Shown one piece after another: positions 10,295 through 19,533 of a stretch of DNA of 32,000 nucleotides (its first letter is position 1; every line of letters begins with the position of its first letter). The stretch is taken from positions 30,001-62,000 of the forward strand of contig CAKTSY010000005.1 of the NCBI GenBank assembly GCA_934613415.1, written 5' to 3'. The DNA comes from an uncultured Opitutales bacterium. GTDB lineage: Bacteria > Verrucomicrobiota > Verrucomicrobiia > Opitutales > Intestinicryptomonadaceae. The notes beneath the pieces are model-generated. The model worked only from the letters and a program-made list of their open reading frames with translations. It was not told where the DNA came from and did not search any database. Position numbers and translations under genes: made by a program.

Positions 10295-12256
10295 TTAGTC
10301 GGCAACTTTTTTTATGTATACGCCGTAAATTTCCAAATCGGCATTTTGCAGCCAATCAAAGCGCAAATCGCACCCGTTGTTTTTATTTTCAAAACGCAAA
10401 TCTTTTACCTTAAAGCTAACCTCTTTGTTTTTGCCCGTACCCGACATTTCAAAAGTTCCCAACTTTTTAAACGCACCTTTTGGAGCGTGCTTGCTTGCCA
10501 AAAAGCTCGCGTCGGCGGAATCGTATAAAACGTTTACAATGCAGTCCATAGAATCTTTATAGACCACGGCAATTTCGTAGGTGCCAGTGGGCGAATTTTT
10601 AAACTGCATTGGCGCGTTAAAATACATCATTCCAAGCGTTTTTGTTCTCTTCGCGCTTCTATACAAAGTACCGTTTTCGTCCCTAATTTCGTCTATAGAG
10701 CCTTCGCCGTGTTTTAGCACTGGGGCAAATTTTGCAAAATCTTTTAGGTCTACAGAATTTGCGTCTTTTGCAACGGCATTGCCGAAAAAGTCGGGTATGG
10801 GCAAATTGTCGCTTTTAAACGGCAGCGCAGGCAAACCGTTTTCGCCGTACAGGTTGCCCAACGCCGTAGTTTTAAACATATATCTAACCGCAATAGGCTT
10901 TAAAACCTTGTCGCACGCTACAACAACTTTGTTGCCCATAATTCGCGCTTTGGCATCGTAAAAAACGTTGTCGCTGCCGCAAAGCTCGAAGCCCGAAACC
11001 GTGTCGGCTGGCACAAGCAAGGCGTCTTTGTCTTGCCCGAACATTGCGCCTTTGGTTCTGTTTATTGTAAGGGGTTTTGTGCTAAGCTGCTTTGTGTTTT
11101 TAAACACAACTTCGGCAACGTTGCCATTAAACAAAACTTTGTCTACTTCGGGCGAAACCAAAGGCTTTTTTGCATCTATAGATTGCGCCAACTTTGCCAA
11201 TCTTTCGCCGATAAGCTCTTTTTGCTGAGGGTGAATGTCGCCAATTTCGCCTATGTCGAAAGACGAAACTAAATGGGCGTTTTGGCATTTCTTTATTGCG
11301 TTAATTTGCGCCTGTTTTAGATACGCCCACGCCCTGCCCGTAACGTCGCCGTCTACGGGGCGGAATGTAGAAAGCAAAACATTTATAAAGGGAATATCGG
11401 GGCGTTTAAACTCCTTTCGCCACGAAGTTATAAGCGAATGGAAAAGCTCTTCGTAGCGCTGCGCCCACATAGAGTTCGATTCGCCCTGCCACCAAACAAT
11501 GCCCTTAAATGTGTAGTTTCGCAGAGGGTATATCATTGTATCGTGCAAGGCATAGGCAGGATAGTTGCCCGAAGTTAAAATGTCTTTTTTTGTAAGGTGC
11601 TTTGATTCGCTGCGCGGCAGCCACGACTGTATTCTTGTTGCGCCCACTGCCGACATAAGCATACCTACGGGAACGCCGGTATTCTCCTGCAAATGTTTGC
11701 CGAAATAAAAGCCCGTTGCCCCGAAATTGTTTATTGATTTATAGGTTGCAAGCTGCCAGCCCTTTTTTGTTTCGGCATTTTCGCGCAATTTATAAAAGCT
11801 TTCGGGCTTCTTGCTCCGAGGGGTAGCTACCGTAAACAATCGCAAATTTTCGTTGCAATAATCGCGCTCTTTTTCGATTTTTGTAAGCAAAGAATGGTGC
11901 GCTATGGGGGTAGCCATATTCGATTGGCCGCCACAAAGCCAAACGTCGCCAACAAGCACGTTTAAAACGGCTATTTTTTTGCCGCTTGCACTTTTCGCCG
12001 AAAGTGTTTTGCCGCGGCAATCGGCTTTCATTGGGGCTAAAACTGCCAACCAATTGCCCGAAGAATCGGCAGAGCAAATAACCTTTTGGTTTGCAAATTC
12101 AACTGTTATTTTTTCGGAAGGCTCGCTTGTGCCGAAAACCGAAACAGGCATATCGCGCTGTAAAACGGCATTGTCGCAAAAAAGCGAATTAAATTTTAGT
12201 TCGCCATGCGCGAAGCACGAAACAAAAAACGCCAATAAAACAAATATAGTTCTCAT
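10295..12256 (-). CDS. exported sialate O-acetylesterase-like (SASA/SGNH-type) carbohydrate esterase with a C-terminal extra domain
   Basis: ORF 10295..12271, whose track start is a TTG. I prefer the ATG at 12256 (MRTIFVLLAFFVSCFA signal peptide). Diagnostic SASA-family motifs are VWLCGGQSNM and GIVWWQGESN. About 150 additional C-terminal residues of unknown (possibly carbohydrate-binding) function follow. Confidence 0.75.
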   Translation of the reverse strand: MRTIFVLLAFFVSCFAHGELKFNSLFCDNAVLQRDMPVSVFGTSEPSEKITVEFANQKVICSADSSGNWLAVLAPMKADCRGKTLSAKSASGKKIAVLNVLVGDVWLCGGQSNMATPIAHHSLLTKIEKERDYCNENLRLFTVATPRSKKPESFYKLRENAETKKGWQLATYKSINNFGATGFYFGKHLQENTGVPVGMLMSAVGATRIQSWLPRSESKHLTKKDILTSGNYPAYALHDTMIYPLRNYTFKGIVWWQGESNSMWAQRYEELFHSLITSWRKEFKRPDIPFINVLLSTFRPVDGDVTGRAWAYLKQAQINAIKKCQNAHLVSSFDIGEIGDIHPQQKELIGERLAKLAQSIDAKKPLVSPEVDKVLFNGNVAEVVFKNTKQLSTKPLTINRTKGAMFGQDKDALLVPADTVSGFELCGSDNVFYDAKARIMGNKVVVACDKVLKPIAVRYMFKTTALGNLYGENGLPALPFKSDNLPIPDFFGNAVAKDANSVDLKDFAKFAPVLKHGEGSIDEIRDENGTLYRSAKRTKTLGMMYFNAPMQFKNSPTGTYEIAVVYKDSMDCIVNVLYDSADASFLASKHAPKGAFKKLGTFEMSGTGKNKEVSFKVKDLRFENKNNGCDLRFDWLQNADLEIYGVYIKKVAD

Positions 12257-12285
12257 TGGCGTTAAATTCAAATTATGTATCTATC

Positions 12286-13062
12286 TTATAGCAAGCCCCA
12301 TTTTTTGCGGAGGCGGTTTTCCCACGGCGAGAAAAGCAGTTTGTCGGCCAAAAGCCCTATTACAACAACTACAAGCATAATTGCGATAACCTGCGCCATA
12401 TCCGACAACTCTCTGCCGTAGTGCAAAAGCTGGCCAAGCCCTACGCCCGTTAAAATTGTTACATAAATTTCCGCCGCCATAAGCGAACGCCAGGCAAAGG
12501 CCCAACCCTGTTTCATACCGCCTACAATGCTGGGGAAAGCCGCAGGCATAATAACATGCAACCATGTGTGCAAGCCTTTCGAGCCCATTGTTTGCGCCGC
12601 CTTAATGAATATGGGCGGAATGTTGTTTACGCCGTTTTCGGTGCTAATTATAAGCGACCAAACCGTGCCCATTAAAACTACAAAAAGCATTGCGCTTTCG
12701 GTTTGCCCGAACCAGATTATTGCAAGGGGCACCCAACACACGCTTGGCAACGCCTGCAATCCCAAAGCAACAAGCCCCAATGTGTCTCTAAATATCTTTA
12801 TTTTAGCGCACAAAACCCCAAGCGGAATGCCTACAACTACGCCAATAAAATAGCCTATTAAAAGCCTTTTAATTGTTACTATAATGGCCTTTGGCAGCAT
12901 AAGGCTAATCGTAGCCTCGTACAGATATTTTGCAACATCTACGGGGCTTGGCAAAATCATCTTAGGCCAAATGCCCGCCAAGCATACCAAATACCAAACA
13001 AGCACAATGCAGCCCAAGCCGAGTATAGAAAATATAAATCTTTTAAAAATTTCCTTTTTCAT
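12286..13062 (-). CDS. ABC transporter permease, NitT/TauT (sulfonate/nitrate/taurine-type) family
   Basis: 258 aa with about 6 transmembrane segments. It has BPD-transporter inner-membrane-component architecture, with an EAA-like loop region (IFIKAAQTMGSKGLHTWLHVIMPAAFPSIVGG). It starts 1 nt after the ATPase gene ends. Confidence 0.85.
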   Translation of the reverse strand: MKKEIFKRFIFSILGLGCIVLVWYLVCLAGIWPKMILPSPVDVAKYLYEATISLMLPKAIIVTIKRLLIGYFIGVVVGIPLGVLCAKIKIFRDTLGLVALGLQALPSVCWVPLAIIWFGQTESAMLFVVLMGTVWSLIISTENGVNNIPPIFIKAAQTMGSKGLHTWLHVIMPAAFPSIVGGMKQGWAFAWRSLMAAEIYVTILTGVGLGQLLHYGRELSDMAQVIAIMLVVVVIGLLADKLLFSPWENRLRKKWGLL

Positions 13063-13063
13063 T

Positions 13064-13897
13064 TTAGTCCTCCGCGTTGCCGTCTAGGTGGTTTTTAAGA
13101 GCCGCGGTAACAGTCCTTGCATACTCCGAAAGCCTTACGTCGTTAATGTCTCTGGGCCTGGGCAAATCTATCTTAAATTCCTGCGCTATTTTGCCGGGGT
13201 GCAGCGAAAACAAGACAATCCTATCGCCAAGGCAAACAGCCTCTCTTATATTGTGGGTAACAAAAACAATTGTCTTGCGGCGAACCTGCCAAATTTTTTG
13301 CAAGTCGGCGTAAAAGTTTTCGCGCGTCATTGCGTCTAAGGCGGCAAAAGGTTCGTCCATTAAAAGAACGTTCGGGTTTGGAGCCAAAGCCCTTGCCAAA
13401 GCCACCCTTTGCCTCATACCGCCCGAAAGCTCGTGTATAGACGAATGTGCAAAGTTTTCCAGCCCGACGAGTTTTAGATAGTATTTTGCAACCTCGCGGC
13501 GCTCCTTTTCGTTAAGGTTGGGCTTTAGGCGCAAACCGAACATAACGTTGTCGAAAACGTCTAGCCACGGGAAAAGCGCGTGCTCTTGGAACATAACCAT
13601 ACGGTCGCGCCCGGTAGAGGTAATGGGCTTGCCGTCTATATACAATGCGCCCGAATCTGGCTTGTCTAGCGCGGCAATAAGGTTAAGCAATGTAGACTTG
13701 CCGCAACCCGAAGGCCCCACCAAGCACACAAATTCGCCCTCTTGAATGTGAAGCGAAACATTCTGCAAAGCCACAACATCGGCGGCTCCCTTTTTGTCGG
13801 CCTTAAAAACGCGGCTTACGTTTTCTATAAGCAGCTTTGAAGGCTGCACGTTTTCTAGTTCGGCTGCTACCCTACTTGACTGGTTTTGACTGGGCAT
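13064..13897 (-). CDS. ABC transporter ATP-binding protein, NitT/TauT family
   Basis: 277 aa. Walker A GPSGCGKST, Q-loop MVMFQEH, signature LSGGMRQRVALARAL, Walker B LLMDEPFAALD and H-loop VTHN are present. The ATG at 13897 overlaps the SBP gene by 26 nt; an in-frame GTG at 13849 is an alternative start. Confidence 0.9.
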   Translation of the reverse strand: MPSQNQSSRVAAELENVQPSKLLIENVSRVFKADKKGAADVVALQNVSLHIQEGEFVCLVGPSGCGKSTLLNLIAALDKPDSGALYIDGKPITSTGRDRMVMFQEHALFPWLDVFDNVMFGLRLKPNLNEKERREVAKYYLKLVGLENFAHSSIHELSGGMRQRVALARALAPNPNVLLMDEPFAALDAMTRENFYADLQKIWQVRRKTIVFVTHNIREAVCLGDRIVLFSLHPGKIAQEFKIDLPRPRDINDVRLSEYARTVTAALKNHLDGNAED

Positions 13898-14864
13898 TTT
13901 TAAGAATAAATTTGTCTATTTCGACTTTGCCTTTTATGAACCCGCACGAAATCGCATCGTTCATAAAATCGTTCAAACTTTTTTCGTTTATTTTGTGGGT
14001 AAACTTAATGCGCTTCCATGCGTTGTCTACCAACTCGGGCGGAATTTTGCCCTTTGTAAGGCTTTCCAGTGCCTTGAGTGTTAAGGCCTTTGCCTCTTTT
14101 GGATTTGCCAAAATCCACTCGGTAAGCTCTTTGTTTGCCTGTTTAATTTTTGCCGACAACTCGGGTTCTTTTTCAAGCATCTTTACACTGGTTGCCAATA
14201 CGGTTGTAATGGCATCGTTTTGCTCTAAAAATACCTTTGCCGAAGCGTTAAGCTCTAGCCTTGAAACCCAAGGTTCTACAGTCCAAACGGCGTCTAGCCT
14301 GTTTGTCTTAAAAAGAACAAGCTGGTCGGGGTTTGAAGTAGGCACAATCTGCGCGTCGCCGCCCGAAAGGGTTACGTTTACGCCGTTGCGCTTTAGATAG
14401 GCGCGGCAAACAACGTCTTGCGTGTTGCCAAGCTGGGGGGTTGCAATAACTTTTCCCTTAAAATCTTTTGGGGTTTTTATTGTGCTGTTAGGCTGAACAA
14501 CAAGGGCGGCCCCCCCTTCAACCGCGCCCGCCAAAAGGCGAATGTCGCTTGTGCCCGATTTTACATAGGCGTTAATTGCGGGGTTTGGCCCAACATAGGT
14601 TACGTCTACACTGCCGGCAAAAAGCGATTCCATTGCGCTGGGGCCCGCGTTAAAAACGCGCCATTGAATCTCAACGTTGTCGCCCAAATATTTTTCGAAC
14701 CAACCCCTGCCCTCTAGGCTAAGCTGGTGTGCAATAAGAGCCTGCGCGTGCGTAATGTTGGGAAAGTGCCCAATTTGAACTATTTTTTTGCCGTTGCCGG
14801 GCTTGGAACAACCCGACAATACGCAAACTAACGCAACCAAAAAATATGAGAAAAGTTTTTTCAT
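13872..14864 (-). CDS. ABC transporter substrate-binding lipoprotein (NMT1/THI5-like, SsuA/TauA-type)
   Basis: 330 aa. Lipobox VLSGC follows MKKLFSYFLVALVCV. The N-terminal IGHFPNITHAQALIA and the overall size are typical of NitT/TauT-family binding proteins. The ligand cannot be inferred from sequence by eye. Confidence 0.8.
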   Translation of the reverse strand: MKKLFSYFLVALVCVLSGCSKPGNGKKIVQIGHFPNITHAQALIAHQLSLEGRGWFEKYLGDNVEIQWRVFNAGPSAMESLFAGSVDVTYVGPNPAINAYVKSGTSDIRLLAGAVEGGAALVVQPNSTIKTPKDFKGKVIATPQLGNTQDVVCRAYLKRNGVNVTLSGGDAQIVPTSNPDQLVLFKTNRLDAVWTVEPWVSRLELNASAKVFLEQNDAITTVLATSVKMLEKEPELSAKIKQANKELTEWILANPKEAKALTLKALESLTKGKIPPELVDNAWKRIKFTHKINEKSLNDFMNDAISCGFIKGKVEIDKFILKNAQSKPVK

Positions 14865-14867
14865 TTG

Positions 14868-16238
14868 TTATATGTTGTTGCCGCACGAAGGAAGCTGCGA
14901 AAGAGCCATCGCAATTTCTTCGGCCTGATATTGATAGTTCTTTAGCTTGCCTGCAAAATAGTCTATGTAAGCCGCCATATCCAGGTGGCCGTGCCCCGAC
15001 AAATTAAAGATTATCGCCTTCGATTCGCCAGTTTTTGCGCATTCTCTTGCAATGTCCATTGCGGCCGAAATTGCGTGCGACGATTCGGGGGCGGGGGTAA
15101 TGCCTTCGTTTCTCGCAAAAGTTACGGCGTCGGCAAAAACGTCTAGCTGGTCTTTGCGAACGGCTCTCATTAAGCCCAAATTGTAGATATTGCTTACCTG
15201 GGGCGCCATACCGTGATAGCGCAAGCCGCCCGCGTGAACCGCTGGGGGTATGTAGCGGCTGCCCAAAGTGTACATCTTCATAAGAGGAGTTTCGCCCGCA
15301 ACGTCGCCAAAGTCGTAGGCATATTTGCCGCGTGTTAAGCTAGGGCACGCCGCAGGTTCTACACCAACAATTTCAACCTTTTTGCCGCCGCGCAACTGTT
15401 CGCCCAAGAACGGGAACGCCAAGCCCGCAAAGTTCGAGCCGCCGCCGCAAGCCCCAACAATAACGTCGGGGTAGTCGTTTGCCATTTCCATTTGCTTTAG
15501 GGCTTCCAAACCTATAACACTTTGGTGCAGCAAAACGTGGTTCATAACCGAACCTAGGCAGTATTTCGAAGTAGGGTCTTTTAATACAACCTCCAAAGCC
15601 TCCGAAATTGCAATGCCAAGCGAGCCTTTGCAGTTTGGGTCTTTTGCCAAAATTGCGCGACCTGCCTCGGTTGTTGTGCTAGGCGATGCAATTGCAGTTG
15701 CTCCGAACAACTCCATTAAAGCCTTTCTGTAGGGCTTTTGGTCGAACGAGCATTTTACCATAAACACTTCGCAGTTTATGCCGAAAATGTTGCAGGCCTG
15801 CGCCAAAGCCGAGCCCCATTGCCCCGCACCTGTTTCGGTTGCAATGCGCTTTGTTCCCTCAACATGGTTTTGGAAAACCTGCGCTAAGGCCGAGTTTGTT
15901 TTGTGCGAGCCCGAAGGCGAAACGCCCTCGTATTTGTAATAAATTCTGGCAGGGGTATTCAATGCCTTTTCAAGCCTGCGCGCCCTGTGCATCGGCGACG
16001 GCCTCCACTGGCGCAGAACGTCCCTAACTTCTTTTGGAATGTCTATCCATCGTTCTTTGGAATATTCCTGGTCCATTAGCCCTTTTGCAAAAATTCTGCA
16101 TAGCTCCTCTTTTTGAAGGGGCCTGCCCGTTGCCGGGTTTATGGGCTTGGGAGTGCTTCTCGGCAAATCCGCCTCTATGTTGTACCACTGCTTTGGAATT
16201 TGCTCTTCGTCGAGTATGTATCTTACTTTGTTGTCCAT
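14868..16238 (-). CDS. TrpB-like PLP-dependent enzyme (tryptophan synthase beta chain, TrpB2 type)
   Basis: 456 aa, about 50-60 aa longer than canonical TrpB1, as expected for TrpB2. The PLP-lysine motif is SPSGSHKTNSA, the glycine-rich phosphate-binding loop is GACGGGSNFAGL, and NLSGHGHLD lies near the C-terminus. No trpA is adjacent. Confidence 0.85.
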   Translation of the reverse strand: MDNKVRYILDEEQIPKQWYNIEADLPRSTPKPINPATGRPLQKEELCRIFAKGLMDQEYSKERWIDIPKEVRDVLRQWRPSPMHRARRLEKALNTPARIYYKYEGVSPSGSHKTNSALAQVFQNHVEGTKRIATETGAGQWGSALAQACNIFGINCEVFMVKCSFDQKPYRKALMELFGATAIASPSTTTEAGRAILAKDPNCKGSLGIAISEALEVVLKDPTSKYCLGSVMNHVLLHQSVIGLEALKQMEMANDYPDVIVGACGGGSNFAGLAFPFLGEQLRGGKKVEIVGVEPAACPSLTRGKYAYDFGDVAGETPLMKMYTLGSRYIPPAVHAGGLRYHGMAPQVSNIYNLGLMRAVRKDQLDVFADAVTFARNEGITPAPESSHAISAAMDIARECAKTGESKAIIFNLSGHGHLDMAAYIDYFAGKLKNYQYQAEEIAMALSQLPSCGNNI

Positions 16239-16257
16239 ATAGCTAAAAAATTAGTTG

Positions 16258-16629
16258 TTATCTTGCATTTATCTGAACGGCTCCCTTCTCGGTGGGCGAC
16301 TTTTTCATATCAAACACAATCTTTTCGGGAACCGCGCTTTTTTCGGGTGCGTTCTGGCTGTAGGCTGGAAACGACACAACCTGCGTATTTAAATCGGCCT
16401 TTTGCGGCAACGCGGTAATAAGGGCGGGTTTTGCAAAGCAGCCAAATTCGTTTGTCTCAAATTCTATTTCAAGGGGGGCTTCGCCCAAATTAAGCCCGTT
16501 TACGATAATGGGCGCCCCTTCCGGAACGCTTTGAATCGAAACAACTCTTGTTTCGTTAAGCCTGTCTGGAGTGGAGCACGCAAAAAGCAAAAATGCGGGC
16601 AATAAAAAAATTGTGTAAATTTTTCTCAT
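16258..16629 (-). CDS. small PEGA-domain lipoprotein
   Basis: 123 aa. Lipobox LLFAC follows MRKIYTIFLLPAF. The segment VSIQSVPEGAPIIVNGLNLGEAPLEIEF matches the PEGA-domain pattern (S.P.GA.v.vnG...G.tP). Confidence 0.55.
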   Translation of the reverse strand: MRKIYTIFLLPAFLLFACSTPDRLNETRVVSIQSVPEGAPIIVNGLNLGEAPLEIEFETNEFGCFAKPALITALPQKADLNTQVVSFPAYSQNAPEKSAVPEKIVFDMKKSPTEKGAVQINAR

Positions 16630-16680
16630 GAAGCGTCAAATTCAAACAGCTATTATACGAAAAATCAACAACTAAAAACA

Positions 16681-17901
16681 CTACTTTAAGGGACGTTCGT
16701 TCACGGTAAAGCGTCTTTTTAAAGAGGACTTAAGCTGCGTATTTCCATCGAACTGCATTGTATACGCTAAGTATCTTACAACTAGGTCGTTGTGCAAATT
16801 TTTTGCAATCGAATTTTGCGCGACAATGCCCATAAGCCCCCTTAGAGCCTTTTCTTTGTCGGCTTTGCTTTTTATTAGCGAAGCGTCTTTTGCAACTTTT
16901 CGGGCAAAATCAATGGGGTGCTCGTCTTGCAAAAAGTCCAAAATTTTTCTGAACGGCTTGTAGGTGCCAGTTGCAAAAAATTCGCCCCAAAGCAAATCTA
17001 TATCCACAACCGAAAAGTTTTTAGAATAAGCGTCAAACGAAAAATCGCACTCGTTTCTAAAATAGCTTTGGTAAAAAAGTTCGTCGCGACAAAGTCTGTT
17101 TTGCGCTATGGGCTTTGCGTTGCAAAGCGCGAAAAGCGCAAGCGTTCTTATGCGCATATTAGCGGACATTTTGTCGAAATCTTCGTTTAGCTTCTCAAGC
17201 AAAAATTTGTGCTTATTATATGCAAATTTAAAAAACGAACAAACAAAGGGGTTAAAGCCGCGCCAATTACCCTTTAAAAAAAAGTTTAAGTCTTTGCAAA
17301 AAAAGGCGGCGTATAGATTTTCGGGCGAAAAGCTTTGATTAAAACCCACGTAAAAATCGGCAAGGGAATCTATCTTTACTTTCGGCGTTTGCCATTCTTT
17401 TAGCGTAAATTTGGAAACAAATTGCGCGCTTTCGCGCGAAACATAATTTTGCGCCGACAATGTAATTTGATAGTCGCCAAAAGCGTCGGAATCCTCCATT
17501 TGCACGGTAAACGAAACAGGCAACTCTATATAGCAACCCGCCTTTTGCTGCACGCCCTGAATATAGTCGTCGAAAACAACTTTTGCCGAACTGTTGTCGC
17601 ATTTTGAAATGGTTATAACGCACTTTATTTTGAATGCGTCGCCGTCGTTTTTTGCCACGTTATAGGCCATTGGCACATACAAAAAATCTTCGCCCTTATA
17701 TACGGCATTTACATACGCAATTTTTGCGGTATTAGGCGGCGACTTAAACCAATAGTCCATATTTTTGTCGCCAAGCGTTGTATACGAAACTACGCCGAAT
17801 CTGTCGCTTTGCGTATTCGAGTTATCGGAGTTTGCGTCGGCAAAAACCCTGCCGCAGAATGCGGCAAACACCAACGCAAACACTAACACAAAGCTACGCA
17901 T
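16681..17901 (-). CDS. exported hypothetical protein (beta-rich N-terminal half, helical C-terminal half)
   Basis: 406 aa. Signal peptide MRSFVLVFALVFAAFCGRVFA. The ATG at 17901 overlaps the mcsB stop (TAG 17896-17894) by 8 nt (AAAAATGCGTAGC). No family recognised. Confidence 0.7.
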   Translation of the reverse strand: MRSFVLVFALVFAAFCGRVFADANSDNSNTQSDRFGVVSYTTLGDKNMDYWFKSPPNTAKIAYVNAVYKGEDFLYVPMAYNVAKNDGDAFKIKCVITISKCDNSSAKVVFDDYIQGVQQKAGCYIELPVSFTVQMEDSDAFGDYQITLSAQNYVSRESAQFVSKFTLKEWQTPKVKIDSLADFYVGFNQSFSPENLYAAFFCKDLNFFLKGNWRGFNPFVCSFFKFAYNKHKFLLEKLNEDFDKMSANMRIRTLALFALCNAKPIAQNRLCRDELFYQSYFRNECDFSFDAYSKNFSVVDIDLLWGEFFATGTYKPFRKILDFLQDEHPIDFARKVAKDASLIKSKADKEKALRGLMGIVAQNSIAKNLHNDLVVRYLAYTMQFDGNTQLKSSLKRRFTVNERPLK

Positions 17902-19003
17902 TTTTTGCGCGTTTTTTTGTAAGCAAAGATTTGTCGAGCTTAAACACGGGGTCTTTTATAAAGCCCAAAGCCTCTTTTATGTATAAAGCCCTAAAAATGT
18001 CCCTTTCTTCGCTTGTCATATCGTAGCAGGCGGCCTCGCACATAAGGTGTGCACACTGCACGCCAAGCATTAAAAAGTTTACAATTTTTGCCTTGTTTTT
18101 TGCAAAATAACCCATTGCAAAGCCCAGCCTTACCGCCGACAAACACTCTAAAGCCTCGGCGGAATTTATAAGCTCGCAATACAAAAGCTTGCCCCAAGCC
18201 CTGCCTATTTTGTCGAACAAAACGGCGGGGGTGTCTTTTAAAAGCTTTTTTCTGGCGTCTAGCTCGAAAGACTCTACCTTCTTTGCCATCTCGGTTACTT
18301 TTGCGATAATTTCGGCTTCAGAAAGCCCAATTGTACGCTGGTTTGAAAGCTGGTACATAGAGCCCAGCGACTCGCTACCCTCGCCGTTTGCGCCCCTAAT
18401 TACTATGCCAAGCTGAGCTAGCCCACGGGCAATTTTTTCTATTAAATCCGACATTTCAAGCGCGGGCAAATGCAGCATAACCGACGCCCTCATACCCGTG
18501 CCCGCATTGCTTGGGCACCCCGTTAAATAGCCGTATTTTTCCGAAAAAGCATAGCTTAATTTGCCCTCAAGCTCGCTGTCGAATTCGTCTAGCTTTTGCC
18601 AGATTTTGTCTAGCGACAAGCCCTGTTGTATAGACTGAATCCTTAAATGGTCCTCTTCGTTTACCATAACAACGCAGTCGAGATTTTTCGACATAAACAC
18701 GCCGCCAACGCCGTTTTTATTTTCGCAAAGCTCCTTGCTTATAAGCCTGCATTCAAGCAAAAAAAGGCGTTCGCTTTCGGTTAAATCCGACATGGCAAAA
18801 ATTTTTGCGCCCTTGCCTTTTTTTGTGTTTTTCAGGGCGTTGCAAACCGTTTGGTACACATTCTGCAACTCGTCTTTCGACGCCGACGAAATGAATTTTG
18901 CGTCGGACAAATTGCGGGCAAGCCTTATGCGCGAGCTTACAATTACGGGAGTTTCGTTAATATTGTAAATTCCCGCATCGTTTTCTATTAAAAATTTTAT
19001 CAT
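17894..19003 (-). CDS. mcsB: protein arginine kinase McsB (ATP:guanido phosphotransferase)
   Basis: 369 aa. Shared with Bacillus McsB: SSRIRLARNL, NEEDHLRIQ, GYLTGCPSNAGTGMRASVMLHLPAL, RGANGEGSESLGSMYQLSNQRTIG. The start ATG overlaps the mcsA stop by 1 nt (TAATG). Confidence 0.9.
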   Translation of the reverse strand: MIKFLIENDAGIYNINETPVIVSSRIRLARNLSDAKFISSASKDELQNVYQTVCNALKNTKKGKGAKIFAMSDLTESERLFLLECRLISKELCENKNGVGGVFMSKNLDCVVMVNEEDHLRIQSIQQGLSLDKIWQKLDEFDSELEGKLSYAFSEKYGYLTGCPSNAGTGMRASVMLHLPALEMSDLIEKIARGLAQLGIVIRGANGEGSESLGSMYQLSNQRTIGLSEAEIIAKVTEMAKKVESFELDARKKLLKDTPAVLFDKIGRAWGKLLYCELINSAEALECLSAVRLGFAMGYFAKNKAKIVNFLMLGVQCAHLMCEAACYDMTSEERDIFRALYIKEALGFIKDPVFKLDKSLLTKKRAKNA

Positions 19004-19527
19004 TACTTTTTTTGGCTGGTAGATTTTAGCTCTTTAATTTTGTCGCGCAAAACGGCGGCGTCTTCGTAGCGTTCCTGCGCTATGGCTTCGCCAAGCTGCT
19101 CGTTTAGGTTTTTTATAAGATTTTTCGGAATCTTTTTTTCGAGAACCTTCGGCGTTTTGCCGCAATGCCTGTTTGCACAGTGCATTTGCATTAAAATTTC
19201 GTCGAACTTGTCGGCAAAGGCTTCGTAGCAATACGCGCACGAAACCCTGCCCGTTTTTTCGAAATGCGAAAATTCTGCCTCGCAGTTTGGGCATTTTTTT
19301 GCCGCCGAAACCTTTTCGGGGGTGTTGCCGCCCTCGTTTTCGGCTGTGTCGGGAGCTGCCTGAGCCTGCCCCAACGCTATTTGCGTGTTCACAAGGGCTT
19401 CTATCTGCGCAGGGTTTTCCTTTGCGCAATCTTCGCACAAATGAATTTTAAACTTCTGTCCGTTTATAATTTTAGTTATGTGAACAGTAGCCTTTTTTCC
19501 GCAAATGTCGCACTTGTAATCCGCCAT
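19003..19527 (-). CDS. mcsA: McsA, zinc-finger/UVR-motif activator of McsB
   Basis: 174 aa. It aligns by eye with B. subtilis McsA. CDICGKKATVHITKIINGQKFKIHLCEDCAKEN and CPNCEAEFSHFEKTGRVSCAYCYEAF supply the four CxxC pairs. A C-terminal UvrB/UvrC-type UVR motif is present (ERYEDAAVLRDKIKELK). Confidence 0.85.
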   Translation of the reverse strand: MADYKCDICGKKATVHITKIINGQKFKIHLCEDCAKENPAQIEALVNTQIALGQAQAAPDTAENEGGNTPEKVSAAKKCPNCEAEFSHFEKTGRVSCAYCYEAFADKFDEILMQMHCANRHCGKTPKVLEKKIPKNLIKNLNEQLGEAIAQERYEDAAVLRDKIKELKSTSQKK

Positions 19528-19533
19528 AGTTTT

